Assembly: GCA_003345555.1 (NCBI GenBank)
Contig: PRDJ01000037.1
Coordinates: forward strand, 26,314 to 58,313
DNA: 32,000 bases
Reading direction: 5' to 3'
Origin: Candidatus Thorarchaeota archaeon
GTDB lineage: Archaea; Asgardarchaeota; Thorarchaeia; Thorarchaeales; Thorarchaeaceae
Shown here: one piece after another, positions 8,738 through 19,100 of the stretch
Layout of the letters: the number at the start of each line of letters is the position of its first letter
Position numbering within the stretch: the stretch's first letter is position 1
Position numbers and translations under genes: made by a program
The notes under the pieces: model-generated
Databases searched by the model: none
What the model saw: only the letters and a program-made list of their open reading frames with translations
What the model was told of the DNA's origin: nothing

Positions 8738-9478
8738 CTATAACCCAACAACTTTCGGGACAATCTCTGTAGCCTTTCCTCTGATTATGAAGTCTGCTGC
8801 GTCTGTCCTGCCCTCAAGGTCTATCACAATCAACTTCGCTCCTGATTTCTTGGCTAGTTGGGGCAAATATGCCGCGGGATAGACCTGTAGACTGGTACCA
8901 ATCACCAACATCAGGTCTGTTCTGCGACACACCTCGACGGCCTTCCTCATTGCATCCTGAGGCAACGGCTCGCCAAAGAGAACGGCCTCCGACTTCAAGA
9001 CCCCATCACAGTCATCGCATTTGGGTGGTATCTCTCCTTGCGCCACGCGTCTATGTACGCCTTCGCCTACGTAGATTTTTCCACAGCCCATGCAGTATGC
9101 TCTGAGATAATTGCCATGCAGTTCAATCACATTCTTGCTTCCGGCCGCTTGGTGCAGGTTGTCGATATTCTGGGTTATCACTCCGATTAGTCTGCCCTGC
9201 TCCTCTAGTCTGGCCAGTGACTTGTGAGCCGCATTTGGAGCCGCATTGAGAAAGACCTTGGCCAATTCTCGACCCATCGTCCAAAACTTAGCCGGGTCGT
9301 TGAGGAAGCTTTCATACGTGGCGAACTCAAGGGGGTCATACCTCTTCCAAAGCCCGCCTTCTGACCTAAAGTCTGGCACACCTGATGCAACACTTATCCC
9401 TGCTCCTGTAAGAGCCGAAATCCTAGTCGCTGCGTCGACCAGCTGTCGCGCCTGCCGGATACTGTCACGAGGAGGCAT
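8738..9478 (-). CDS. cobB: NAD-dependent protein deacylase, Sir2 family
   Basis: [31 protein letters not shown], zinc ligands CxxC...CxxC, LFGEPLP and [10 protein letters not shown]. Confidence 0.95.
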   Translation of the reverse strand: MPPRDSIRQARQLVDAATRISALTGAGISVASGVPDFRSEGGLWKRYDPLEFATYESFLNDPAKFWTMGRELAKVFLNAAPNAAHKSLARLEEQGRLIGVITQNIDNLHQAAGSKNVIELHGNYLRAYCMGCGKIYVGEGVHRRVAQGEIPPKCDDCDGVLKSEAVLFGEPLPQDAMRKAVEVCRRTDLMLVIGTSLQVYPAAYLPQLAKKSGAKLIVIDLEGRTDAADFIIRGKATEIVPKVVGL

Positions 9479-9582
9479 GTTCTAGCGGCTTTTCATTTGA
9501 CAAGATGTCGTTTTCGGTTGCTACGCGGTTGGCCCTCGTTACTCTTACCAGAGGGTAATCGGTGCGGGAGACCGTATCATGT

Positions 9583-9598
9583 CGAAAGCTTTTTCTTC
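9583..9598 (+). promoter_or_regulatory. Possible BRE/TATA-like promoter for grpE-dnaK-dnaJ
   Basis: CGAAAG followed by CTTTTTCTTC. The TATA match is weak. It would place the transcription start near the first hairpin at ~9614. Confidence 0.3.
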
Positions 9599-9613
9599 TT
9601 ACAGCTGACAGTG

Positions 9614-9738
9614 CGCCGGAGAGTCACCGGCGAGTGCTGTAGCGCAGTCTTCGCTACCATTGACCGAGGTTTGGAACTCGGGATGCTTCTGTACAGCTTG
9701 CGTCGCAGAGTGTTCCTAGGTAGGCGGAGGCGACTCCG
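9614..9738 (+). promoter_or_regulatory. Four-hairpin putative 5' leader of grpE with the SD sequestered (RNA-thermometer candidate)
   Basis: Stems: CGCCGG/CCGGCG (9614-9632), GTAGCG/CGCTAC (9639-9657), CCGAG/CTCGG (9664-9681) and CGGAG-GCGA-CTCCG (9725-9738). The last contains GGAGG and directly abuts the ATG. Confidence 0.5.
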
Positions 9739-10347
9739 ATGGTTAGGAAGAAAAAAGGAGATCAGAACACAGAACAAGCGTCGGAAGCAACTGCTACCGA
9801 ACCCACGGGTGAGGCCTTCGAGATAGTTCCTGAAGACCCTTTTGAGACCGAGCGACTGAGGAACGAAGATCTCGTCGAGCGGCTGAAGAGACAGCAAGCT
9901 GACTTTGAGAACTACCGAAAGCGAGTCGAAAGCAGATACGCAGAGTACGCGAAGTTCGCCAGCGAAGGTATCCTTCTCAAGGTTGTTGACCTGTTTGACG
10001 ACCTTGATCGCGCTCTGCAGGCAGACTTCGCGAAGGACCCCGAAGCGGCCAAGAAGGGGATAGCTGGGATTCGTGAGAACTTGGCAAAGCTGCTCTCTCA
10101 GGAAGGCGTCCAGCCCATCGAGTCCGTTGGCGAACCCTTTGATTCGTACTACCAGCATGCTGTTCAGCGGACATGTGATCTCGGAAAGCCTGACAATATC
10201 GTTGTTGAGGAATACAAGCGAGGCTACATGCTCAAGGAGAAGGTCCTTCGCCCTGCACTTGTTTGCGTCAACAGACACGAAGCTATTCCTGAGACGGAAA
10301 GAGATTCTGCAGATGATAAGAGATGTTCAAAGGCGGGTGATGAGTAG
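9739..10347 (+). CDS. grpE: Nucleotide exchange factor GrpE
   Basis: [28 protein letters not shown] and [27 protein letters not shown]; first gene of the dnaK operon. Confidence 0.97.
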   Translation: MVRKKKGDQNTEQASEATATEPTGEAFEIVPEDPFETERLRNEDLVERLKRQQADFENYRKRVESRYAEYAKFASEGILLKVVDLFDDLDRALQADFAKDPEAAKKGIAGIRENLAKLLSQEGVQPIESVGEPFDSYYQHAVQRTCDLGKPDNIVVEEYKRGYMLKEKVLRPALVCVNRHEAIPETERDSADDKRCSKAGDE

Positions 10348-10349
10348 AC

Positions 10350-12251
10350 ATGGCAAAGATAGTTGGCATTGACCTTGGAACCACTAATACACGAGTTGCA
10401 TATCTTGAGGCCGGCAAGCCCACAATGATTCCCAATGCTGAGGGCAAGCGGCTCACTCCTTCGGTCGTTGGCATTACGCAGAAAGGAGAGGTAATCGTTG
10501 GAGAGATGGCTAAGCGACAAGCTGTGTCCATGGCCGACCGCACTGTGAGATCCATAAAACGAAAGATGGGTCAGGATTACAAAGTAAGAATCGGGGACAA
10601 GGAGTACGCTCCTCAAGAAATCTCGGCGATGATCTTGCGGAAAGTCAAGGCAGACGCCGAGGCCTTCCTTGGCGAGAAGATTTTACAGGCAGTCATAACT
10701 GTTCCTGCGTATTTCAACGACAGCCAGAGACAGGCAACCAAGGACGCTGGGAAAATCGCCGGTCTGGAGGTTCTGCGCATTATCAACGAGCCTACCGCAT
10801 CTGCTCTTGCTTACGGTTTGGACAAGGGCAAGGAAATGAAAGTGCTTGTTTACGATTTGGGTGGAGGCACATTTGATGTTTCGATACTCGATATCGGTGA
10901 GAATGTATACGAGGTGCTCTCTACCAACGGCAACACTCACCTTGGCGGAGACGACTACGATCAAAGGATAATCGACTGGGTGGCTTCCGAGTTTAAGAAG
11001 GCAACTAGAATCGACATCACAAAGGATCTCTCAGCAATGCAGCGCATTCGTGACGCGGCTGAGCAAGCCAAGATTGAGCTCACTACGGTTATGCAGACAA
11101 CAATCAACCTGCCCTACATCACAGCCGACTCGTCGGGGCCCAAGCACATCAATCTTGAGCTCACCCGCTCAAAGTTTGAACAGCTGACCGACGACCTGAC
11201 GCAGGCAACGCTGGGTCCTGTGAGACAGGCGTTGACAGACGCGAAGCTTGAGCCTGAGCAGATTGACAAGATTCTACTTGTGGGCGGGGCCACACGGATG
11301 CCGCAAGTCGTAAAGATAGTGAGAGCCACATTCGGGAAGCAAGGCGACAAGACGATTAATCCGGATGAATGTGTGGCGTTGGGCGCCGCTGCACAGGGCG
11401 GCGTGCTTGCTGGAGAAGTCAAGGATATTGTCCTCCTCGACATAACACCCCTCACTCTGGCTATTGAGACTCTCGGCGGAGTGGCAACCCCTCTCATTGA
11501 GCGCAATACTACGATTCCCACTCGAAAGAGTAAGGTCTTCACGACAGCAGCAGATGGACAGACGGCTGTGGAGATCCATGTTACTCAGGGAGAACGGCCT
11601 CTGTCCAAGGATAACATGACGCTGGGCAGATTCCAGTTGGTTGGGATACCTCCTGCACCCCGTGGTACGCCGCAGATTGAGGTTGCGTTCGACATTGATG
11701 CCAACGGTATTGTGAACGTTACCGCGAAGGATATGGCCAGCGGTAACAAGCAATCCATCACGATCACAGCGACAACGAATCTGTCTGATGCCGATGTGCA
11801 GAGGATGGTGAAAGACGCAGAGCGATACGCTCAGGACGACACAAAGCACCGAGCCCAGATTGAAGCTAAGAACAATGCCGATCAGATGATTTACCAAGGC
11901 GAGAAACTGGTGAGAGACTTCGGAGACAAGGTCCCCGAGGACCTGAAGAAGGACCTTCAGAGCAAGTCTGAAGCTCTAAGGGAGGCTATGCAGGCTGACG
12001 ACTTTGAGAAAATCAAGTCTGGGACGGACACTCTCCAACAGGTCATCTTCAAGATTAGCGAGAGAATCTATGCGTCTGCTGGACCGGGTGGACCGGGCTC
12101 TCAAGGACCAAGCGGACCAAGCTATGGCGAAGGTCCGACCGCGACTCCACGCGGAGGTCGTTCGAAGAAACCCAAGCCTCCTCGTGGCAAGAAACCCTCG
12201 GATGAAGATGAGGATGCTGTTGACGTCGATTTCGAAGACCTTGGCAGCTAG
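10350..12251 (+). CDS. dnaK: Chaperone DnaK (Hsp70), short monoderm/archaeal type
   Basis: [49 protein letters not shown] and [11 protein letters not shown]. It lacks the ~23-aa N-terminal insert of diderm DnaKs ([19 protein letters not shown]). Confidence 0.99.
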   Translation: MAKIVGIDLGTTNTRVAYLEAGKPTMIPNAEGKRLTPSVVGITQKGEVIVGEMAKRQAVSMADRTVRSIKRKMGQDYKVRIGDKEYAPQEISAMILRKVKADAEAFLGEKILQAVITVPAYFNDSQRQATKDAGKIAGLEVLRIINEPTASALAYGLDKGKEMKVLVYDLGGGTFDVSILDIGENVYEVLSTNGNTHLGGDDYDQRIIDWVASEFKKATRIDITKDLSAMQRIRDAAEQAKIELTTVMQTTINLPYITADSSGPKHINLELTRSKFEQLTDDLTQATLGPVRQALTDAKLEPEQIDKILLVGGATRMPQVVKIVRATFGKQGDKTINPDECVALGAAAQGGVLAGEVKDIVLLDITPLTLAIETLGGVATPLIERNTTIPTRKSKVFTTAADGQTAVEIHVTQGERPLSKDNMTLGRFQLVGIPPAPRGTPQIEVAFDIDANGIVNVTAKDMASGNKQSITITATTNLSDADVQRMVKDAERYAQDDTKHRAQIEAKNNADQMIYQGEKLVRDFGDKVPEDLKKDLQSKSEALREAMQADDFEKIKSGTDTLQQVIFKISERIYASAGPGGPGSQGPSGPSYGEGPTATPRGGRSKKPKPPRGKKPSDEDEDAVDVDFEDLGS

Positions 12252-12275
12252 TGTGTGCGTCAAGGGTGACATTCG

Positions 12276-13331
12276 TTGTCTGAGCCTGACGATTACTATG
12301 GCATATTGGGAGTGAGCCGCACTGCATCAGATGAGGAAATCAAGAAGGCCTATAGACACCTCGCAAAAGAATACCATCCTGACCTCCATCCCGGAGACAA
12401 GCAAGCCGAAGAGAAGCTGAAGAAGGTCAACGAAGCATACGAGGTGTTAGGTGATCCTCAGAAGCGGGCAACTTATGACAGGTATGGGACAACTGACTTC
12501 CGAGGTATCAACTGGGATGCGGAGAGCGGGTTCGGAGACATATTCAGTCAGATTTTCAGAGATTTCTCGGGGTTTGGTGGATTTGGCGATTTTGGGACGG
12601 GTCGCGCAGGTCCGCCGCCCGGGGACAATCTGAGAGTCAACATCAATCTGACGTTCGAAGAAGCTTTCTTTGGAACCGAGAAGCAAATCGCCTTCCAGCG
12701 TCTTGTAAGATGCGACAGCTGTAATGGCTCGGGCGCCAAGCCCGGATCCTCGCCCACCCGTTGCAGGACTTGCGGAGGCCGGGGTCAGGTCATAAAGTCG
12801 ATGTCCGGTTTCATCACGATAGCTCAGACATGTCCGACATGCGGCGGACTTGGAGAGAGCATCGGATCTCCCTGTCAGAAGTGCAGAGGCACTGGGCTCA
12901 TGAAGGAGCGAAGAGAAGTCCGGATACCAGTTCCTGCAGGGGTCGAGGATGGAATGTACCAAAGAATCCGGGGCGGGGGCAATGCCGGAGAGAGAGGAGG
13001 TCCGTATGGTGACCTTATTGTGGTCTTTGGCGTAGAACCGCACAAGACCTTCGTAAGGCGGGGGCTCCATGTCTACTTGGAGAGTGAAATACCGTTCTCC
13101 GTCGCGACGCTCGGCGGAGAGGTTGAAGTCCCCACAATGTACGGCAACAGCAAGATCCGGATAGGTAAGGGAACGGAATCAGGAACTATACTCCGGATGA
13201 GAGAGAAAGGCGTTCACGCCGCTGACGGAAGGAAGGGAGACCAGCTTGTCCGCGTGAATATCCGAGTACCTAAACATCTGACAAAGGAGCAAGAGCAGTA
13301 TCTTCAGCAGTTCGAACAGGTGTTTGACTAG
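12276..13331 (+). CDS. dnaJ: Co-chaperone DnaJ (type I)
   Basis: J domain with HPD, a G/F-rich linker and four CxxCxGxG repeats (CDSCNGSG, CRTCGGRG, CPTCGGLG, CQKCRGTG). TTG start after RBS GGGTGA. Confidence 0.98.
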   Translation: MSEPDDYYGILGVSRTASDEEIKKAYRHLAKEYHPDLHPGDKQAEEKLKKVNEAYEVLGDPQKRATYDRYGTTDFRGINWDAESGFGDIFSQIFRDFSGFGGFGDFGTGRAGPPPGDNLRVNINLTFEEAFFGTEKQIAFQRLVRCDSCNGSGAKPGSSPTRCRTCGGRGQVIKSMSGFITIAQTCPTCGGLGESIGSPCQKCRGTGLMKERREVRIPVPAGVEDGMYQRIRGGGNAGERGGPYGDLIVVFGVEPHKTFVRRGLHVYLESEIPFSVATLGGEVEVPTMYGNSKIRIGKGTESGTILRMREKGVHAADGRKGDQLVRVNIRVPKHLTKEQEQYLQQFEQVFD

Positions 13332-13897
13332 AAGCCCAACGGTTTACAGAGGCAAGCTCTCATCTTGAGCTCAGGGAAATTGCTTGTGTAAGCAGGTTGA
13401 ACGAGCCAAGATGTATCAGCGCCTCTTCCAGTACCTGCAATGCAAACCACGTCCCTGTCTACCGGCACGAGGCCTGAATCTGCGGCCATCATCGCAATCT
13501 CGGCTACCACTTTCGTACCCTGCCCAAACGTTCGGTAGACAACAGCGAGCAGCTCGGCAGTCATGTATGTACCCAGAGCTTTGCGAATACCTCGAGATAC
13601 GCCCGCGAATGCGTGCGTTGTCGTGAGGACGTGTGCACCGAGTTCTTGGAGTTGTCTCCTGACTTCATCAGACAGTTCGTTTTCTCCCGGAGCGGCGAAC
13701 CCGTAGGAGTGAGTCACCACAATCACTTTCTTGTCTTGAAACGCACGGGCCACACTCAGGCCAGTTGATCCTTCGGTAGTGGCTACCACGACATGCTCAA
13801 TGGTTTTGTTTCGGCTCATGAAGTCACCCACTACTGAAATGACCCGGTCGGTATGTTCAGGTGAAGCTCGCTCGAAGTAGACAGTCCTGATATCCAT
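13328..13897 (-). CDS. Stand-alone pyruvate-kinase C-terminal (PK_C)-like domain protein, COG1751-type archaeal conserved protein
   Basis: TVYFERASPEHT, VVVATTEGSTG, VTHSYGF, FGQGTKVVAEIAMMAADSG and AGTGRGADT. The start is placed at MDIRTV (ATG at 13897). Confidence 0.85.
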   Translation of the reverse strand: MDIRTVYFERASPEHTDRVISVVGDFMSRNKTIEHVVVATTEGSTGLSVARAFQDKKVIVVTHSYGFAAPGENELSDEVRRQLQELGAHVLTTTHAFAGVSRGIRKALGTYMTAELLAVVYRTFGQGTKVVAEIAMMAADSGLVPVDRDVVCIAGTGRGADTSWLVQPAYTSNFPELKMRACLCKPLGF

Positions 13898-14111
13898 AGG
13901 ATGATACTGCGCAGAGGCTCTCATGAGTGTTGCCCTGAGTTGTCCATGGCCAAGGGATGGTCTCACTTACCATGCTTTGAGATTGAACATCACCTGAAAC
14001 TATTACTTTCTGTCGTGAATGGACGCTATTGGTGGTTCGCTCTGCCGCTTGAGGGCCCTGCCGCAGTGCATATTAGTTCCATTCTCAAGACATGGGTCCG
14101 GAACAGCTATC

Positions 14112-16127
14112 ATGCCGAACGTAAGAGAACTGAAGGTCGAGCTGCAGGGGCCAAACCATGGACGCGAGTGGGGCGTCTTAAGATGGTTTGATTCAGGACC
14201 TAGAGTGTTTCTTCAAACAGGCGAAATCCTAGAAGACACGCAAAACTTGGTTCTGATTCTGCGTGAGGAAGTTCTCTTAGACCAGCCGGAAGTTTCTGTA
14301 GTGCGCCCGCTTTCCAAGCCGATTATCACAAGAATGAAGCCACTCATAATGGTGCGCAGGGGTTATGAGGGTCGGGTAGTCAGTGCAATCGTAGAGGACA
14401 TGTATCCGCCGAGCAGTCATGGCTGGGCATCTCGACTTGTCAGTCATAGAGACGATGCACAATATGGAGTTCAACAGGTCGTGGGGACTCCTCTTTACTG
14501 GCTTACTATTTTCGACCCTGTGACAGGAGATATTCTGGAGTCACACACCATAAAGTCGTACGAACTCGGTATGCTGACGTTGGAAGAGGATTGGGAGTAT
14601 TATCAATCGATGGATTCCGTTTCAGGGTCCGAAGAGGCACTACCAGAACAGGCCCGAGATCTACTGGATGGTCCTCCTCCTTCTTGGAAGGCAATTGCGA
14701 ATCTTACACAGGGGGTCGAGATCGCTGGTCTCCACAGGGGAAAGACGATGCGCGATTTCACAGAGCAGCTCGTACCCACTTCCTTCCCGCCGCAGGTCAG
14801 AGAAGAGATTATGGCGTTTCTTGCTTGGGTGACCAAGAACAGGATTCCAAAGAGAGATCCCATTGAGTTGGGGAAGGAGCTTCTTCCTCACTCTCTATTG
14901 AGGATGCTGACTCTGGCTCACATTCAGTGCAGAATTGACGAGGTCAGTCCTCCTGAATACGTCAGAATAATGAGAGAAGCGGACTCGGGTCAGCTTCGCA
15001 CGCCGCGAAAGGAGATACCCGAGACTATACGCGGGACTGCTTGGCTGGTAGCATTGCACAAAATCACGGAGCAGATCCCCAATTGGGTTGACAGGGTGAT
15101 TGACTATGCGCAGACCTTAGACTCGTCAGGACGGATTCAGACTCGGCTTCCTGTGTCAAAATCGGAAGCACGTGCGTCCGTGAAGGCTTGGGGCGATAGG
15201 CTTGCCATGCTGGTGCACGGACTGAGGCTTAGGGCGCAGGTTAATCCCAATGCGCTTGGGCTACGCAACATCGTCTACGTAGGCACGGCGCACCGATGGC
15301 CTCACAAGCACCTCGAATGGACCGCCCGATTGGGGTTTGCCAGCGAAAAGCCTCCCTACGTACATGTCATGCTTATGCCGCCCGATGCCGTAGAGCGCGT
15401 ACGAAGAGCAAGGCCGACGGTCGTTGAGATTGGCTTCTCTGCTAGGTCGATTAACCTCGGTCTCTACAACGCAAAGCGAAGGGAGTGGACTGTGGCCACC
15501 CCAAGAATACTAAACTCAATCGATGAAACAAGGTCTCTTCAAAGACTTGAGAACGAATTCGGTGTCTGGCGGGGTGCAGCGCATCATCCAACGATGACAG
15601 AAGCCAAAGTGTTGGACCTTGTATCAACACAGATGTTACTCTCGGCGTGTGAGCAGGACTCCTACTTGCAATCGATGGGCGTCGACAGGCGAACACTTCA
15701 GACTACATTGACTTCGTTAAGGGACGAGGGCGTGGTTCGTTTACAGTATGGCATCAACCCCTTGGGCGTAGCTTCGCTATTCACCATGGCTCAAGGTCCT
15801 CCTGATCAAGTATGTAGCTTAGCACGAGCGTTTCTTCTTCATACTCCGACAGCCGCTGTTGAGATGGGCGGCGGCGGAGGCAAATGCTTCATCATGTCTC
15901 GTATACCAGAAAGGTCCGCACATAGCTTCGCATCATCATTGGAAGAGAGAGCGTCAGAACGTGGGATTGAGCTGCGCTGCCAGCGTGTCAGCTCCTACCG
16001 TGGATACATGAGTACGCTTTATCAAAGGCTGCTCAGAGAGGACGGTACCTGGAATGATGATGTAGATGATCTACTGTCTCAGATTCGGTTACCACCACCC
16101 GTGGGAGGCGAGGCTGGTGTTTTATGA
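14112..16127 (+). CDS. Hypothetical protein with C-terminal tandem Lrp/AsnC-like wHTH+RAM modules
   Basis: Long ORF whose probable start is the ATG at 14112 (MPNVRE; the ORF opens at 14019). The C-terminal HTH-like MGVDRRTLQTTLTSLRDEGVVRLQY is followed by a ferredoxin-like beta-alpha-beta pattern. It is similar to the C-terminus of 24813-26771. Confidence 0.7.
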   Translation: MPNVRELKVELQGPNHGREWGVLRWFDSGPRVFLQTGEILEDTQNLVLILREEVLLDQPEVSVVRPLSKPIITRMKPLIMVRRGYEGRVVSAIVEDMYPPSSHGWASRLVSHRDDAQYGVQQVVGTPLYWLTIFDPVTGDILESHTIKSYELGMLTLEEDWEYYQSMDSVSGSEEALPEQARDLLDGPPPSWKAIANLTQGVEIAGLHRGKTMRDFTEQLVPTSFPPQVREEIMAFLAWVTKNRIPKRDPIELGKELLPHSLLRMLTLAHIQCRIDEVSPPEYVRIMREADSGQLRTPRKEIPETIRGTAWLVALHKITEQIPNWVDRVIDYAQTLDSSGRIQTRLPVSKSEARASVKAWGDRLAMLVHGLRLRAQVNPNALGLRNIVYVGTAHRWPHKHLEWTARLGFASEKPPYVHVMLMPPDAVERVRRARPTVVEIGFSARSINLGLYNAKRREWTVATPRILNSIDETRSLQRLENEFGVWRGAAHHPTMTEAKVLDLVSTQMLLSACEQDSYLQSMGVDRRTLQTTLTSLRDEGVVRLQYGINPLGVASLFTMAQGPPDQVCSLARAFLLHTPTAAVEMGGGGGKCFIMSRIPERSAHSFASSLEERASERGIELRCQRVSSYRGYMSTLYQRLLREDGTWNDDVDDLLSQIRLPPPVGGEAGVL

Positions 16128-16141
16128 TGAGAGCACTTCTT

Positions 16142-19100
16142 CTAGGGCTCCCACTCTCCGGGTAGAAGTGACTCCATCTTCTTGAGCTTCCTACTCAAGA
16201 AGAGGGCTACTCCTGCTATGATACCTATCTCAGACACAACAGGGATAGTGCTTTCGTCCAACTGAATTGGAATTGACTGCCTGACAGGCAATGTGAATGT
16301 TTTCCTCTCCGACGCCAGTACTGGCAACCCCGAAAGAGTGACATTCAGGAGATAGGTTCCCTCTTTCTCTGGTATGAATACAACCTGCTGTAAGCCGCTC
16401 CTCGTCACAGAAAATGCCCATTGACCAACGAGGGTGTTTTCCGGTCCACGAGCATCGATAGTCAGAGTGCCTTTCCATTCTGAGCTGAGACCAGCTACCT
16501 CGTATTCGATGGTCACTATGCAGCTAATCCCGACAACTGCATCAGAATTGGCCGTGGCCTTCATTGATACAATCGGACTGACAGTCAAGCTCACGGTCTT
16601 TGCGCACACGTTGTATGTGGGCGAACCCTCATAGACAACGAACACACTGTGGTTACCTGCACCCAAACCCTCGATGCTCAGCGTTGCGCTTCCCCTAATA
16701 TCGGTCACAATAGAAAGATGTCTCTCTTCGACTCCTCCAAGAGTCACGATGACCACGATCTGCGCTTCCTGTATCTTAGAGACCGGGCCAGACAGTGTAA
16801 CCGAGAGAGACAACGCTTGTCCATAGACAATCTGTCTTGGAATATCCAGTCCTAGAGTGCATTCGTACCTAATCAGAACTACGATTTCGATTGATGCACC
16901 GGTCCTGAGTGCATCTCCGTCGAATACCAGTATCAGCGTGTAGTTGCCAATCTCTGATGGTGTCCATTCAACCCGAGTTCCTCCGAGGGTGGATACGACA
17001 GGTGTCCTTGTTGTGAGCGGGCTACCATAGATCTCTCTGCCTCTCGGGTCGTATAGACTCACAAACACTGTCATACCCGAGGTTGCATCTCCAAGAGAAT
17101 CAGTCAACAAGAAGATCATGTAGTGTTGTCGGCTAGGTACTCCCGGCAACGCCTTCTCCGGGATCACAAGGGCAGAAGTGGTGCTGACTACGAAATCCAA
17201 CCATGACGAGCCTCCCAAGCGCATCACAGAATCAGGAACAGTAGCAGTGATTTCGTAGTCTCCAACAGCGAACCCTCTTAGCGGGATTATTAGTCTTGAA
17301 CCATTGATGTGAACAAGACCAGCGAGTGCAATCAGACCGTTGGGACCTGTCAGTTCAATCTGCAAATCAAGCTGCTCGATTGCCATTTCCGTGCAGGATT
17401 CATCAACGACTGTAAGTACTAGTCGTCCATCTTCTGACCTGTCTGTTCTGGCAGGGCACTGGAACACAATGGTTGTAGTTCCTCTCGCCCAAATGCTGAC
17501 CGCAGCTGACGAGGGAAGATAGTGCTCAGTCCCGGCGAATGATAGAATGACCGTGTAGTTGCCGGCCAGCGGAAGGGTCAGGTTGAGAAGAACCGGGCTC
17601 TGCCCTAATTGAATGATGTTACCTTCGAGGCACAGTCCAATGATTTCGTGATAGACATCGTATTGCACGCTGAAGCCCTCAAGAGGAGTGCCTCCAGAAT
17701 CGGAGAGCAGCATTCGCAACTGAGCAAGGCTCCTACCTGCTACTATTTCTGCAGTAGTGGTCAATGACGCGTCAAGATTCGTGGCATATCTCACGTCAAG
17801 CTCAACTGAGGCGGTTGTCGCCAGATACACGCCTATTCCAGCGAAGTCTGCTCGCAGTTTCCAGAGACCTATCTCATCCATCTGAACTCTCCATGTGCTG
17901 TAGCCCGTGGCGTTTGTCACCACATCAACGGGCCCTTTGAGCCGACTGCCCGGGCCGTCCAACTGCAGTGAAATCGTCCGACCATCCATGGGCAGTCCAT
18001 CAGAGTCACTCAGGAGGACTGTGACATTCAGGTATGCTCCGACCTCCATGCACGGACTCTGAACGAATACAACCAATGACGTTCGTGAATACACAGTGTG
18101 CAGCGTTGTCGTTTGGAATGGATGCACAATGACAGAGCCCGAAGAAGAGACGTCGAGGGTGTACAACCCCGGGTACTGCGGCGTGAAGGCGAACCCTGCT
18201 GTCCCGTTTCTGACTTGGAGAGTGATCGACGATGACATGGGTCCCAATTTGACTTGCTGGCCATATGGATCATATACTCGTACGATGACAGAGATTCCAT
18301 CTATGAGTGCGCCTAGCTCGTCTTGGACCTGCATAGACACAGTCACCTCGTTAATGGCACAAGGCGGTATGGGGCCGAACGTTGCTGAAAGCTGAGCCTC
18401 AGTCATAACCACAAGCTGTTTCTGAGTTCCCGCTCCCAGTAGACATTCATCGGCCGCTGGCTCGGCCACTACCATCAGGATGCCGTAGGCCTGTTGGGCG
18501 ACATAGATTATCTGAACAAACCCGGAGCTGTTGGTTTTCGCTTCTGCAGTCCAGACCGGGACGAGGTTGACGCCTAGAACTTCGAAATGCACAGTAACGC
18601 CGTTGACGTTACCTTGGGCTGTCAGGGAATACTGAAGTGCTACAATGCCAAGCACATCTGTCTGTTTCGCAGATAAGAGAAGGCTTCCTGTTGCGACCTC
18701 CATGACGGGCACGCAAGAGACTGTTGAGTTTGTGTAGTAGTAGACATCTCCGGCATGCAACACTCGGATGAGAATCTGTCCTCGATTCGTCGGAGTCCAG
18801 TGAATGCGCACGAGACCATCAATCGTCTGTACTTGGCTTTGGAAGAGAGTGTTGCTGCCAGAGTCGATTCTCAACAGCAAAGTTCTGCCTGCAATGTTGT
18901 TTCCGAGAGCGTCCTTCAGACCGAGGTCCACCTCCGAATCTTGCCCGATGAGGTATGATGCGTCGTGGATGACAACAATGCCAGGTACTACAAAGATTCT
19001 CTGGGGCTCACTATGATTTGAAGGAGCTTGGAGTCCTGACCCACCGAAGGAAGCAGTGATTACGAAGTCTCCAACCGTGTTGAAGATGTAAGCAATGCTG

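Noticed and set aside
9601-9640. CIRCE (HrcA operator) upstream of grpE, suggested by GAGTGCTGT at 9632-9640
   Set aside because: It resembles only the right half-site (GAGTGCTAA). No TTAGCACTC-like left half lies 9 nt upstream, and there is no hrcA in the window.
9610-9685. tRNA or tRNA-like cloverleaf formed by the three evenly spaced hairpins
   Set aside because: There is no enclosing 7-bp acceptor stem and no D-loop GG. The TTC-containing loop on the minus strand comes first rather than last, so arm order is wrong on both strands.
10224-11897. Long antisense ORFs opposite dnaK (10224-10616, 10683-10964, 11274-11897) and opposite grpE (9577-10278)
   Set aside because: The dnaK-antisense ORFs are in codon register with dnaK, a well-known shadow-ORF effect, and they are broken by stops. 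None of these ORFs shows recognisable motifs.
14019-14111. N-terminal extensions predicted by the ORF track (14019, 13966, 30328, 31913 starts)
   Set aside because: These extensions look non-protein-like or overlap neighbouring genes. Downstream ATGs (14112, 13897, 30148, 31904) fit domain boundaries and/or RBS positions better.
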